NCBI GenBank assembly: GCA_963745035.1
Contig: CAVUVW010000005.1
Span: 160,001 to 224,000 of the forward strand
Direction: 5' to 3'
Length of the DNA: 64,000 nt
DNA from: an uncultured delta proteobacterium
GTDB lineage: Bacteria; Desulfobacterota; Binatia; UBA9968
A model generated the notes under the pieces. It was not told the origin of the DNA. It did not search any database and worked only from the letters and a program-made list of their open reading frames with translations. The position numbers and the translations under genes were made by a program. Positions 33,727 through 43,141 of this stretch are shown in pieces; within the stretch, counting starts at the first letter, position 1, and the number at the start of each line of letters is the position of its first letter.

Positions 33727-33747
33727 GCCATACTTGGGATTAAATGC

Positions 33748-33840
33748 CGTTCAGAACGTTCAAGCAGTTCAATCGCTCCGCTTCGTTCAAGTCGTTATAG
33801 AAACACTGTTCCAGACGTGCCAGGTTCCAATCGTTCCAAC
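33748..33840. repeat. 9-bp tandem repeat array (degenerate)
   Basis: GTTCAGAAC GTTCAAGCA GTTCAATC GCTCCGCTTC GTTCAAGTC ... GTTCCAATC GTTCCAAC. Confidence 0.75.
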
Positions 33841-33959
33841 GGCTGACATAGGCATCGAGTGCAACCGAGCGCCATGTTCTAGCGCTGCGAGCGGTTGATT
33901 CATGCCCCTCATGCCTTACAATCGGGAAAACTTCAGCGAATCAATTGGGAGGTGGCGCG

Positions 33960-34973
33960 ATGCGGTTTGGCGTCGAGTTCGGCAGTTATCCGGCGGATTT
34001 AGATGCCGCCGAGGTGTGTCGGCAGGTTTCGGAACGGGCGCTGGTCGCCTACAAGAATAACTTCGAGGGGCTGTTTTCGGCACAGCACTTTCTCACCGGG
34101 CCGGATGCGGCGATCCTGCAATCGATTCCGTTGCTGGCCTATCTCGCCGGACAAGTTCCGGGAATGTACCTCGGCACTTCGATTTTCCTGCTGCCGCTGC
34201 ACCATCCGGTGATGGTGGCCGAATATATTTCCACGTTGGACAATCTGTCCGGCGGCAAAGTGCTTTTCGGCGTCGGTCAGGGCTACCGGGACAGCGAGTT
34301 CAACTCCTTCGGCATCGACAAACGAGAGCGCCGGGGCCGCCTGGTCGAAGGGCTCGAAGTGATTCGGCAGCTTTGGAGCGGAGAAGCCGTCACTTTCCAC
34401 GGCAAGTTTTTCCACTTGGACAAAGTCATCTGCGCGCCCAAGCCGCGACGACCGGGAGGGCCGCCGATTTTGATGGGCGCCGACCTGGTGAAGACTGTCG
34501 CGAAAGTGCCGCAGGTCGCGGACCACTGGATTGCCAGTCGGCGCCACACCAAAACGTTCTTGCGCGAAGCCTTGCCCGAGTACAAAGCCGCCCTCGAGCG
34601 GCAAAGAAGGCCGTTCAAAGGGCTGTTCATTTTTCGCGATCTTTGTATCGCTGACAGCGCAAGCGAAGCCGAGGCGCGCATCCGCGACGGCTACGAGCGG
34701 CGCTACCGCCGCTATCAACAGTGGGGCCAGCCGGGTGAGCGCTACGACCTCGCCTTCGACGAGTTGAAGCGCGACCGCCTCATCCTCGGCAGCCCGGCCG
34801 AAGTGGTCGAGCAGGTGATGTCCTACCACGAAGAGTTCGGCGCGGAGGTCATGTGGTTCATGGTCGACTGGCCCGGCATGGACCCGAGCTTCACTCGCGA
34901 AACCATCGAGCGCTTCGGCGCCGAAGTGATCCCTCAGATCAAGCGGCTGACGCCGTCATGTCCGCTGCCTTGA
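33960..34973 (+). CDS. LLM class flavin-dependent oxidoreductase
   Basis: SAQHF, LPLHHPVMVAE, LDNLSGG, GVGQGYRDSEF, ILGSPAEV. Confidence 0.92.
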   Translation: MRFGVEFGSYPADLDAAEVCRQVSERALVAYKNNFEGLFSAQHFLTGPDAAILQSIPLLAYLAGQVPGMYLGTSIFLLPLHHPVMVAEYISTLDNLSGGKVLFGVGQGYRDSEFNSFGIDKRERRGRLVEGLEVIRQLWSGEAVTFHGKFFHLDKVICAPKPRRPGGPPILMGADLVKTVAKVPQVADHWIASRRHTKTFLREALPEYKAALERQRRPFKGLFIFRDLCIADSASEAEARIRDGYERRYRRYQQWGQPGERYDLAFDELKRDRLILGSPAEVVEQVMSYHEEFGAEVMWFMVDWPGMDPSFTRETIERFGAEVIPQIKRLTPSCPLP

Positions 34974-35104
34974 CGCACCGCGGCGGTTGGTTCGAGACGG
35001 TACACGTACCAGTCTCGGAGATGCCGAGCTCGCGGACTAAGTTGGAACTTTCCCGGCCACTGCGGCCTCTGCGGTGGGTCTGAAAAAAGCCTGGGTTCGC
35101 GCGG

Positions 35105-35866
35105 CTACCTCGTCGCGAGGTCGAACTCCGCGATCACCGGCGCATGATCGCTGGTGCCGACTTCGCGGTAGGCGGCGCAGCGCGTTGCTTTCGCCGCCAG
35201 CGCTTCGCTTGCAAGGATGTAGTCGAGCCGCCAGCCGATGTTGCGCTCGCGGAGCTTGCGCCAGGGCGCCCACCAGGTGAAAAGATTGTCGTTGTCCGGA
35301 TCGAGAGTCCGGCCGACATCGACCAGGCCGCGCGCCAGGATGCGCTCGAAGATTTCCCGCTCTTCCGGACGCTGTCCGACCAGCGCGGGATTGCGCTCTT
35401 TGGGATGAACGTCGCGCTCGGCGCGCGCGATATTGATATCGCCGCACAAAATCACCTGCAGACCGCCGGCGTGCGCTGCGCCGATGAAATCTTCCGTGCG
35501 GCGGAGAAATTCCATTTTCGCGGGATAATCCTTGCCGCCGTTCGGCACATAGACCGAGACGAAGATGAGTTCGCCGATCTGCGCGCTCACGACGCGGGTT
35601 TCGAAATCGAACTCCGGATGGGCAAAATCGGGTTCGGTGGAAAACGCGTCGCGGCGAACGTGCAAGCCGACGCCCGAGTAAGCGCGCGCGCCGTGCCAGT
35701 AGCACCGATAACCGCCGAGCTCGCAAAGCGCCGCCGGCACCTGCGCGACGGTCGATTTAAGCTCTTGCAGGCAAATCACATCCGGCCGCTCGCGCTCGAC
35801 CCATTCGAGGAGCTGGGCTTCGCGCGCGCGGATGCCGTTGACGTTCCAGGTGGCGATTTTGAGCAC
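35105..35866 (-). CDS. xth: Exodeoxyribonuclease III
   Basis: ATWNVNGIRA, CLQELK, YSGV, YVPNG, CGDINIA, GWRLDY, SDHAP. Confidence 0.95.
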   Translation of the reverse strand: MLKIATWNVNGIRAREAQLLEWVERERPDVICLQELKSTVAQVPAALCELGGYRCYWHGARAYSGVGLHVRRDAFSTEPDFAHPEFDFETRVVSAQIGELIFVSVYVPNGGKDYPAKMEFLRRTEDFIGAAHAGGLQVILCGDINIARAERDVHPKERNPALVGQRPEEREIFERILARGLVDVGRTLDPDNDNLFTWWAPWRKLRERNIGWRLDYILASEALAAKATRCAAYREVGTSDHAPVIAEFDLATR

Positions 35867-36089
35867 TTCAAGAGTCTCCCATGGCAGTCATCACAGTTCC
35901 ATCGCTGCGCCGCGTTCAAGTTGCCGCGCCGGAAGATCGTCGTCGAATTCGCATAATGAGTGCGGTGCGCCGCGCCCGCCGCCGGCGAAAAGGGCGACTC
36001 ATGGCACAAGACTGGGCCGGGCTGCTTGGGAGACCGCTAATGGCTAGATCCGGGCAATCTTAACAACGATTTGCGAACGTACGGCGTAA

Positions 36090-36335
36090 TTAGTTTTTCA
36101 CGCCGGCCTCGAAATCCGCTTTCGATATCTCTCTGACCTCCGACGACGGCAAGGTTATCTTGGAGCGGTTCTTCGCGTCCTCGAAGACGATCGCGCCGCT
36201 GTCGGAGCGATCATAATCGGTGGTGTAGTAAATTCTTCCCGAAGTCTGATCGTTGATCCGGTAATAGGTCGTGCACCCCGCAATAAACAGAAGCAGCGAA
36301 GCCGTGCCCAGCCGAGCAAATAGTCCAAGTTTCAT
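36090..36335 (-). CDS. Small lipoprotein (YgdI/YgdR-like)
   Basis: RBS GGAGGTG; lipobox IAGC; short beta-rich body. Confidence 0.75.
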   Translation of the reverse strand: MKLGLFARLGTASLLLFIAGCTTYYRINDQTSGRIYYTTDYDRSDSGAIVFEDAKNRSKITLPSSEVREISKADFEAGVKN

Positions 36336-36590
36336 CGCGTCACCTCCATTCAATTCATTTTCGCCACTTTCGTTTTACATTGTCAATGTACTCAAATCGG
36401 AAACAGGCATGAGGCGACAGACGACAGCAGAACGGAGTAGCACGGCGCGGTCGGCCAAAAAAGTTGGCGGCCGTACTTCGTGGCAACATAGACCGAATGT
36501 GATCGGAGCGATTGGGCATGGCTGCTCTTGAACAGAGGAATGAATATGAATATGAGTTGACGGATTGAATCTCACGTTGATGAGGTTTCC

Positions 36591-37853
36591 ATGGAGGAAG
36601 CGCGCTCGTTTGCACCGCTGCTGATTGTTGTCATCTTGGCGTCGTTGGTGCCGTTGGCCCTCTCGTCCGTGCGCGGACGGCTGGCGATCCCGATCGTCGT
36701 CGGCGAAATCGTCGCCGGTATGATCGTCGGCCGAAGCGGCTTGGGATGGGTGTTGCCGGACAACTACGCGCTCGATTTGCTCAAAGAGCTGGGTTTTGTT
36801 TTCCTCATGTTCCTCTCCGGCATGGAGATCGATTTTCGCGCCCTGCGCGGCACCCAAGGCGAGCGGGCACCGGAGCCGGCGCGCTGGAGACCTCTTCCGC
36901 TGGCTGCGCTCAATTTCACCGCCACGCTGATCTGCGCCGCGGCGTTTGCCTGGGGCCTAAAGTGGATCGGCGCTACTACCGATCCGTGGATGATGGCACT
37001 GATTCTTTCCACCACCGCCTTGGGCGTCGTCGTGCCGATCCTCAAAGAAGCCGGGTTGAGCCCAACTCTGTTCGGACAGACGATCCTGCTCGCCACGGTC
37101 ATCGCCGATTTCGTCACCATGTTCTTGATCAGCGTGCTGGTCGCGGTGATTTCTCGGGGATTGACCGCCGAAATTCTGCTGGTTTTCCTGTTGTTCGTCG
37201 CGTTTTTCTTCGCGGCGCGGTTCGGTTTTTTCCTGAGCCGGATGGAGCGTCTGCAGCGCGTCATCGAAGAGCTCAGCCACGCGACGGCGCAGATCAAGGT
37301 CCGCGCCGCGTTCTCCACGCTGTTGATCTTCGTGGTGCTTGCCGAAACGTTGGGCATCGAAATCATCGTCGGCGCGTTTTTGGCGGGTGCCATCGTCGCG
37401 CTGCTGCGCACGCCCGCGGACCGAGAGCTGGCGAGCCAGCTCGAAGCCATCGGTTTCGGATTTTTCATCCCAATTTTTTTCATTATGGTCGGCGTCGATT
37501 TCAATCTGCCGGCGCTGCTGTCGTCGAGAGGCGCGCTCGTCTCCGTGCCCCTGCTGCTGCTCGCCGCCGTCGCGGTAAAAGTCGTTCCGGCGTTGGTGTT
37601 TCACATCAATCACTCATGGCGCGAAGCTTTGGCGGCGGGCATTCTCATGTGCCCGCGGCTCTCGCTGATCATCGCCGCCGCCGCGATCGGCAAAAAGCTC
37701 GGGATTATCGACGAGTCGGTCAACGCCGGCATCGTTCTGGTCGCGATCGTCACGGTAACGAGCGCGCCCCTCGGTTTCCTCAGAGTTTTTCCGGCGCGGC
37801 GGGAGAAAGCCGCGCGCTTCATGGTCGCCGACCCCGAGCTGGGCGCGCGGTAG
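36591..37853 (+). CDS. Monovalent cation:proton antiporter (CPA2)
   Basis: IPIVVGEIVAG, LMFLSGMEID, STTALGVV, GAFLAG, GFFIPIFF. Confidence 0.9.
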   Translation: MEEARSFAPLLIVVILASLVPLALSSVRGRLAIPIVVGEIVAGMIVGRSGLGWVLPDNYALDLLKELGFVFLMFLSGMEIDFRALRGTQGERAPEPARWRPLPLAALNFTATLICAAAFAWGLKWIGATTDPWMMALILSTTALGVVVPILKEAGLSPTLFGQTILLATVIADFVTMFLISVLVAVISRGLTAEILLVFLLFVAFFFAARFGFFLSRMERLQRVIEELSHATAQIKVRAAFSTLLIFVVLAETLGIEIIVGAFLAGAIVALLRTPADRELASQLEAIGFGFFIPIFFIMVGVDFNLPALLSSRGALVSVPLLLLAAVAVKVVPALVFHINHSWREALAAGILMCPRLSLIIAAAAIGKKLGIIDESVNAGIVLVAIVTVTSAPLGFLRVFPARREKAARFMVADPELGAR

Positions 37854-37964
37854 ACCGGATTATTCATGTGAGGTGCGGCCGAGGCGTGATCCTCGGAGCA
37901 AATGCAATGGGGCTACGCCTAACCGTCATATCGCCATGCCGCAAGCCAGGAAAGGAGCGTCGTC

Positions 37965-38474
37965 ATGAAATATCTGCACCCGAGACGCGGCATGCCGCGA
38001 TTTCCGCTGCTCGGTTCAATGATTTTTTTGTTGGCCGCGTGCAGCGCGGCGGGTCCGAAGTTTTCAGACACGCCCTTCGCAACCGAGCCCGTTCCGGGAG
38101 ATAAGGCGCGGATCATTCTTTTCCGCGGCAGCGATAGCAATTTTCAGCCGGCGACTGTCGGCGTCGACGGCGCCGTCGTCGGCGCGCTGGCCCAGAGCGG
38201 ATTCATCGTCGCGGATGCCGAACCGGGCGATCGCAAGATCGGCGCGTGGCTGCGCTATGCGCCCGTGAGGGCATCGGCCGCAACCATGAGCGTCAAAGCC
38301 GGGGAAGTCTATTACATCAAGATTTCGCAGCGGATCGAGCGCATCGCCTATCCGCTGCTGGGGCCGCTCGGCATGGCTTTTTGGTTCGTTGACCCGCAAG
38401 GGGAGTTTCACCTCGAGCCCGTAATCGCGGCCGCCGCGCTGCAGGCGCTGCCGGAGATGAAGCTATCGGACTAA
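37965..38474 (+). CDS. DUF2846-like lipoprotein
   Basis: Lipobox LAAC; ARIILFR, VGALAQSGF, VKAGEVYYI. Confidence 0.75.
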   Translation: MKYLHPRRGMPRFPLLGSMIFLLAACSAAGPKFSDTPFATEPVPGDKARIILFRGSDSNFQPATVGVDGAVVGALAQSGFIVADAEPGDRKIGAWLRYAPVRASAATMSVKAGEVYYIKISQRIERIAYPLLGPLGMAFWFVDPQGEFHLEPVIAAAALQALPEMKLSD

Positions 38475-38509
38475 ACGTGCGGCTGCTGATCCGCGGCCGA
38501 GATGAAGCG

Positions 38510-39472
38510 TCACCGGGTCTTCTGGATCGGCCTTTCCAACTCCTGCACGAGGGAAGCATCGACGAAGTTTGCCGGGTTGGCGCCGGCGGCTTCGCTGCCG
38601 AGACCTTTCAGCAAGCCGCGCACGCCTTCGAGGTCCACGGCGATCGTTCTGGGCAGGTGCCGATCGCCGTAGATGCGATAGACTTCCCCGAGAATCACCG
38701 GATCGTCGAGCCGTACGTACTTGGCGAGAATCTTGAGCGCGCCGTTTTTGTCGCCGCGAATCTCCTGCACGCTCTCCTGATAGGCGCGCAGGATGCGCAC
38801 AACCGTGTCACGGTTGCTCGTGATAAACGAGCGGCGCGTGCTGAGCGGCGAATTCACATACGGGATGCCATAGTCGGCGGCGTCGACGAGCTCGTTCAGC
38901 CCGAGTTTTTTGCCGCGAAGATTATTCGGCGCGGAGATCATGCCGCCGTCGACGAAGCCTTTGGCGACCGACACCAAAAGCTCCGGCATGCCCCCGCGGA
39001 TGCCGAGCACGGTCACGTCTTTGTTGCGCTGCAATCCCCAGCGCTCCAGCAGCAAGCTCAAAACGAGATCGGGAGAGTCGCCGAGATTGGTGACACCGAC
39101 TTTCTTTCCTCTGAGGTCTTCGGGCCGTTTGATCTCCGGTTTGGTCATCATGGAGAAGACCGCGACGTTGACCGTATTGGCGATGATCGCCAGGTCGGCG
39201 CCCCTGATCGTGGAGCGCACCACCGACGGCGGCGAGGCGCGCACGAACTGCACTTCTCCGGCGAGCAGTGCCTCGATGGCGACGCCGCGGATATACATCA
39301 CTTCGACGTCGACGCCGTGCTTGTCGAAAAGCTTTTTGTCCTTGGCGACCCAGAGCGGCAGCATGGCGCCGCTGATGGAGCTATAGGCGATGCGTACCGG
39401 CGCGGCGTGGGAGACTTTGCCCGCGCTCGTCAGCAAGGCGAGCGCGAGCGCAACAAAAAGTGCGCCCCGCAT
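38510..39472 (-). CDS. ABC substrate-binding protein, SsuA/NMT1 family
   Basis: PLWVAKDKKLFDKHGVDVE, EDLRGKKVGVT. Confidence 0.9.
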   Translation of the reverse strand: MRGALFVALALALLTSAGKVSHAAPVRIAYSSISGAMLPLWVAKDKKLFDKHGVDVEVMYIRGVAIEALLAGEVQFVRASPPSVVRSTIRGADLAIIANTVNVAVFSMMTKPEIKRPEDLRGKKVGVTNLGDSPDLVLSLLLERWGLQRNKDVTVLGIRGGMPELLVSVAKGFVDGGMISAPNNLRGKKLGLNELVDAADYGIPYVNSPLSTRRSFITSNRDTVVRILRAYQESVQEIRGDKNGALKILAKYVRLDDPVILGEVYRIYGDRHLPRTIAVDLEGVRGLLKGLGSEAAGANPANFVDASLVQELERPIQKTR

Positions 39473-39480
39473 GGCGCGGC

Positions 39481-40254
39481 TCAGCTTGGAAACGAGCTTT
39501 CTCCCGCGGCTCCGCCCGCGCGAGCGCCGTCCACGGTTTCACCGCGGACCACGTAGGCCATGTAGATGCAGTCGGCCATCGCCCGGCGCATGTTGTTTTT
39601 CATGAGTTGAGCGTTGATGCAGGCTTCTTGGAGTTCTTTGGTGTCGGCGTATTTTTTAAGAATCTCCTTGCGGATCAGGCCGTGTTCGACGTCGACGTCG
39701 GCGTGGAGCTTATAGAAGGTCAAGGCGTCGTCGGGCACCCATTGATAGTGTTTGCGAAAGGTGTCGAGGTCGCGCGACATGGCCTTGGCCGTGTCGTCGC
39801 CTTCGGACACGGCGACGCCGAGCAGCCATGACGTGCGAAACGCCGCGTTGGCGAAGCTGTCGACGGCGAACTTGACGCCGTAGAGCGGCTCGGAATTGCG
39901 CACGAACTCGCGGTCAAGGCCCATGCCGACGCAGACGTCGAGCCAATACTCGGGATGCGGCTTGCCGGATTTTCCGATCAGGTCTTCGCCTTCCTCTTCG
40001 ATCGCCTTGGGCAGCCACATGCGGCGCACGTCGGTGTGCGGGCAGTTGTAGAGGATCGAATATTCCTTGATCGGCACCTGCTTGGTGAAGTAGTAGCGCT
40101 CCTTGCCCCAGCCGTGCAGATGCTCCCGGGTCGCTTTGCCTTCGCGGAAGATCGCTTCCCAGGGATGCGGCGGGCGCTGATGGTCCTGGCGGTTCGCTTC
40201 GAAAAAGGTCTGGATGAATTCGTCGGGCGCGAGCTTGCGGTCGAGCTTGAACAT
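39481..40254 (-). CDS. PqqC/CADD-like iron-containing redox protein
   Basis: HPW, WGKERYY, EEEG...PHPEYW, SE, HADVDVEH. Confidence 0.82.
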   Translation of the reverse strand: MFKLDRKLAPDEFIQTFFEANRQDHQRPPHPWEAIFREGKATREHLHGWGKERYYFTKQVPIKEYSILYNCPHTDVRRMWLPKAIEEEGEDLIGKSGKPHPEYWLDVCVGMGLDREFVRNSEPLYGVKFAVDSFANAAFRTSWLLGVAVSEGDDTAKAMSRDLDTFRKHYQWVPDDALTFYKLHADVDVEHGLIRKEILKKYADTKELQEACINAQLMKNNMRRAMADCIYMAYVVRGETVDGARAGGAAGESSFPS

Positions 40255-40301
40255 GATTGTCAGTCCTTTCAGACGTACCGATTCTTCGAGTCGCCCCTAC
40301 G

Positions 40302-41318
40302 CTAATCTGCTTTGGCGTCTTCTCGATAGTGTCCGATAGCATCCATCAACGGCTTGTCCGACATGACGAAGAAAATCGCCGGGTCCTTGGAGGTATTTTC
40401 GTGGCGATGAAAGTTCCACAGCGGCACGACGAAGGAATCGCCTTGTTCCCACTCGTAGCGCTTGTCGCCGACGTAGCTCACGCCGCTGCCGCGCCAGACG
40501 TGGTAAATCGTCGAGCTCGTGTGGCGATGACTCTTGGTCTTCTCGCCCCCGCGCAGCATGTGAATCTGGCACGCCATGGTGGGCAGGGTGGGCCCGCCTG
40601 TGACCGGGTTGGCGTAATCGAGCACGATGCCGTCGTAGGGATCGCCTGGCTGCTCACCGACTTTGCTCAACGCATTTTCCGTGTCGGCCCATTTGTAGCA
40701 GAATGCCGGCGGTTGAATCGAATTCTGCTTGGTCCACGCCGGCCGAAGCGCGCCGGTTGTCGCGAGGGTATAGCCGTCGGGTTTGGTCACGGGCTGTTTT
40801 TTGCGCGGATCGGATTCGTGAAAATCAGTTTCCAGCAGGCGAACCAGCGGCGCGTCCAAGCCGTCGAGCCACATCATGGTCTCGCCGCGATTTTCGTGAT
40901 CGTGCCAGGTCCAACTCGGCGTGGTAACGAAGTCGCCTTCGCCGATCTCGAAGGATTCGCCTTCGACGATCAGGCGGGTGCCGTGGCCCTTGGTGATAAA
41001 TCGGATCGCCCCGGCCATGTGACGGTGCGACAACGCGTTCTCACCGGGTTTGAGCATCTGCAGATTCAACACCAGAGTGCGCGAGGTGCCGTTTTTTAGG
41101 GCGGGATTCCATAGCTGAATGACGCGGCGAAACGAGACGTCCAGGCCGACTACGTCGCCGGCTTTCTCCATGGCGGCGTAAAGATCCTTGCCTTTCCAAA
41201 AGCATGCTTCGAAAGAAGCCACCGGCTCGCGGTTGACGTCGCCCTGCTGGTTTTGCCAGTAACCTTTGAAATTTTTGCTCTGGAGCTCTTCCTCGAAAGC
41301 CTTGAGTGCTTCGGACAT
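40302..41318 (-). CDS. Gentisate 1,2-dioxygenase-like bicupin
   Basis: RRVIQLWNP, PGENALSHRH, TPSWTWHDH, WLDGLDAP, YANPVTGG, HRHTSSTIYHV. Confidence 0.9.
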   Translation of the reverse strand: MSEALKAFEEELQSKNFKGYWQNQQGDVNREPVASFEACFWKGKDLYAAMEKAGDVVGLDVSFRRVIQLWNPALKNGTSRTLVLNLQMLKPGENALSHRHMAGAIRFITKGHGTRLIVEGESFEIGEGDFVTTPSWTWHDHENRGETMMWLDGLDAPLVRLLETDFHESDPRKKQPVTKPDGYTLATTGALRPAWTKQNSIQPPAFCYKWADTENALSKVGEQPGDPYDGIVLDYANPVTGGPTLPTMACQIHMLRGGEKTKSHRHTSSTIYHVWRGSGVSYVGDKRYEWEQGDSFVVPLWNFHRHENTSKDPAIFFVMSDKPLMDAIGHYREDAKAD

Positions 41319-41478
41319 GGCGTTACCTCCCTGGCTTATTTGAGTCTTATCTAGCGCGATTTGCAGAAGGGTTGCAAGGCGAGTGATTGGTCGCTTTTCG
41401 ACCGGCTTTGGCATCGCCCGTTCCAGGTTCTGCGCAAATTTAGAGCGCGCCGGGGCTCGTGTGAAAACTCTATCGGAG

Positions 41479-41565
41479 CCCTTCGACACGGCTCAGGGCG
41501 AACGGATAAGTTCCCAAACTTAAAGAAGGTGATCTAATTCGTGATGAGCACGGTTGAGGCAGAAA
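41479..41565. repeat. REP-like element CCCTTCGACACGGCTCAGGGCGAACGG...TTCGTGATGAGC
   Basis: Degenerate inverted ends in the gap between pyk and the cupin gene. Confidence 0.55.
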
Positions 41566-41566
41566 C

Positions 41567-42970
41567 CTATTCGATCACTTTGACGGTGATCATGTTGGTG
41601 GTGCCCGCCTGGTGGAGCGGCAAACCGGCGGTGATCGCCACCAGATCGCCGCGCTTGACGAAGCCCAACTCGAGGGCTTTGGTTTGGAGCGACCGAACCA
41701 TTTCATCGGTGCTTTTGAATCCTTTGATCGGCACCGGGCAAACCCCCCAGACCAGACAGAGCAGTTTAACGGTCTGCGGCTCGGGGCTGATGGCGATGAT
41801 CGGCTGTTGCGGCCGGTAGCGCGCGATCAGGCGCGCCGTGGTACCGGAGGTCGTGGGAATCAAGAACGCCTTGACTTGCAGGTCGCGCGCCAGGGAAATG
41901 GCGCCGACGCTGATCGCTTCGGGTACGGTTTTTTTGAGTCCGGCAAAACGCTGGCGCGGCTCCAGGATCGATTCGGTCTCCTCGGCGACGCGCGCCATGA
42001 CCTTGACGGCCTCGATCGGATAATCACCCGCGGCGGTTTCTTCCGACAACATCAGCGCGTCGGTGCCGTCGAGGATGGCATTCGCGATGTCGGCCACTTC
42101 CGCGCGAGTGGGCCGCGGGTTCCACACCATCGAGCGCAGCATCTGGGTCGCGGTGATCACCGGCTTGCCGAGATGATTGGCTTCGCGGATCATCATCTTC
42201 TGCATGGCCGGGATGCGCTCCTGGGCGATCTCCACGCCGAGATCGCCGCGCGCCACCATGATGCCGTCGACGTTCTGCAGAATGCCGTCTAGATGGTCGA
42301 GCGCTTCGTGCTTCTCGATCTTGGCGATAATCGGAATCGACGAGCCGCGCTTGCGCATCTCACGCCGGGCGTAGAGAATGTCCTCGCTGTTGCGCACGAA
42401 CGAGAGCGCGATCAGATCGACGTTTTCCTTGATGCCGAAGGTGAGATCCTTCTTGTCTTCGTCGGTGAGCGCGCGGATGTCCAGGCTCGTGCGCGGAAAA
42501 TGAATACCCTTGTGCGAGCCGAGCATGCCGCCCACGACGATGCGGCACTTAACCTCGCGCTTCCCGACCTGCAGCGCTTCAAGCTCGATCTCACCGTCGC
42601 CGAGAAGGATGGGATCGCCTTTTTTAACCGCTTTGGTCAGACCGGGAAAATCTACGGAGACGGCGTCCTCGGTGCCGACGATGTTTCGTGTCGTGAGTAC
42701 GAAAGGCTGGCGTGTTCGCAGCCGGACGCGATCGCCGTCGACCGCACCGATGCGGATTTTGGGACCGGGCAAATCCTGCAGGATGGCGATCTGGCGGTCG
42801 AGCTTACGCTCAAGACGGCGAATTTTGCGAATCAGTCCCCGATGAGAAGCGTGATCGCCGTGACTGAAGTTCAAGCGCGCGACGTCCATGCCGGCGCGAA
42901 TCAGGCCTTCGAGCACTGGCTCTGACGAACTGGCCGGCCCAATAGTGCAAACAATTTTAGTGCGCCGCAT
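41567..42970 (-). CDS. pyk: Pyruvate kinase
   Basis: MRRTKIVCTIGPAS, RLNFSHG, DLPGPKIR, IAKIE, GIMVARGDLGVE, ATQMLRSM, PTRAEVAD. Confidence 0.97.
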   Translation of the reverse strand: MRRTKIVCTIGPASSSEPVLEGLIRAGMDVARLNFSHGDHASHRGLIRKIRRLERKLDRQIAILQDLPGPKIRIGAVDGDRVRLRTRQPFVLTTRNIVGTEDAVSVDFPGLTKAVKKGDPILLGDGEIELEALQVGKREVKCRIVVGGMLGSHKGIHFPRTSLDIRALTDEDKKDLTFGIKENVDLIALSFVRNSEDILYARREMRKRGSSIPIIAKIEKHEALDHLDGILQNVDGIMVARGDLGVEIAQERIPAMQKMMIREANHLGKPVITATQMLRSMVWNPRPTRAEVADIANAILDGTDALMLSEETAAGDYPIEAVKVMARVAEETESILEPRQRFAGLKKTVPEAISVGAISLARDLQVKAFLIPTTSGTTARLIARYRPQQPIIAISPEPQTVKLLCLVWGVCPVPIKGFKSTDEMVRSLQTKALELGFVKRGDLVAITAGLPLHQAGTTNMITVKVIE

Positions 42971-43012
42971 TTTCAGTAATGTACACCAGTCGACTCGGGA
43001 ATCAACGAAAAC

Positions 43013-43135
43013 AAGTTTCGGGTTTCTAGTTCCTGGTCTCCAGTTTTCGGTCGACAGAGTCGAACGACACTTCGGATCAATCGACACTTGATCATGCAAA
43101 CTAGGAACCACAAACTGGGAACTCGAAACGCGCAA
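43013..43135. repeat. Inverted pair of 7-bp tandem arrays
   Basis: GTTTCGG GTTTCTA GTTCCTG GTCTCCA GTTTTCG ... CAAACTA GGAACCA CAAACTG GGAACTC GAAACGC. Confidence 0.8.
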
Positions 43136-43141
43136 CGGTTT

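Noticed and set aside
39481-40254. PQQ biosynthesis (pqqC)
   Set aside because: No pqqA/B/D/E nearby; the ligand pattern is closer to CADD-type diiron proteins
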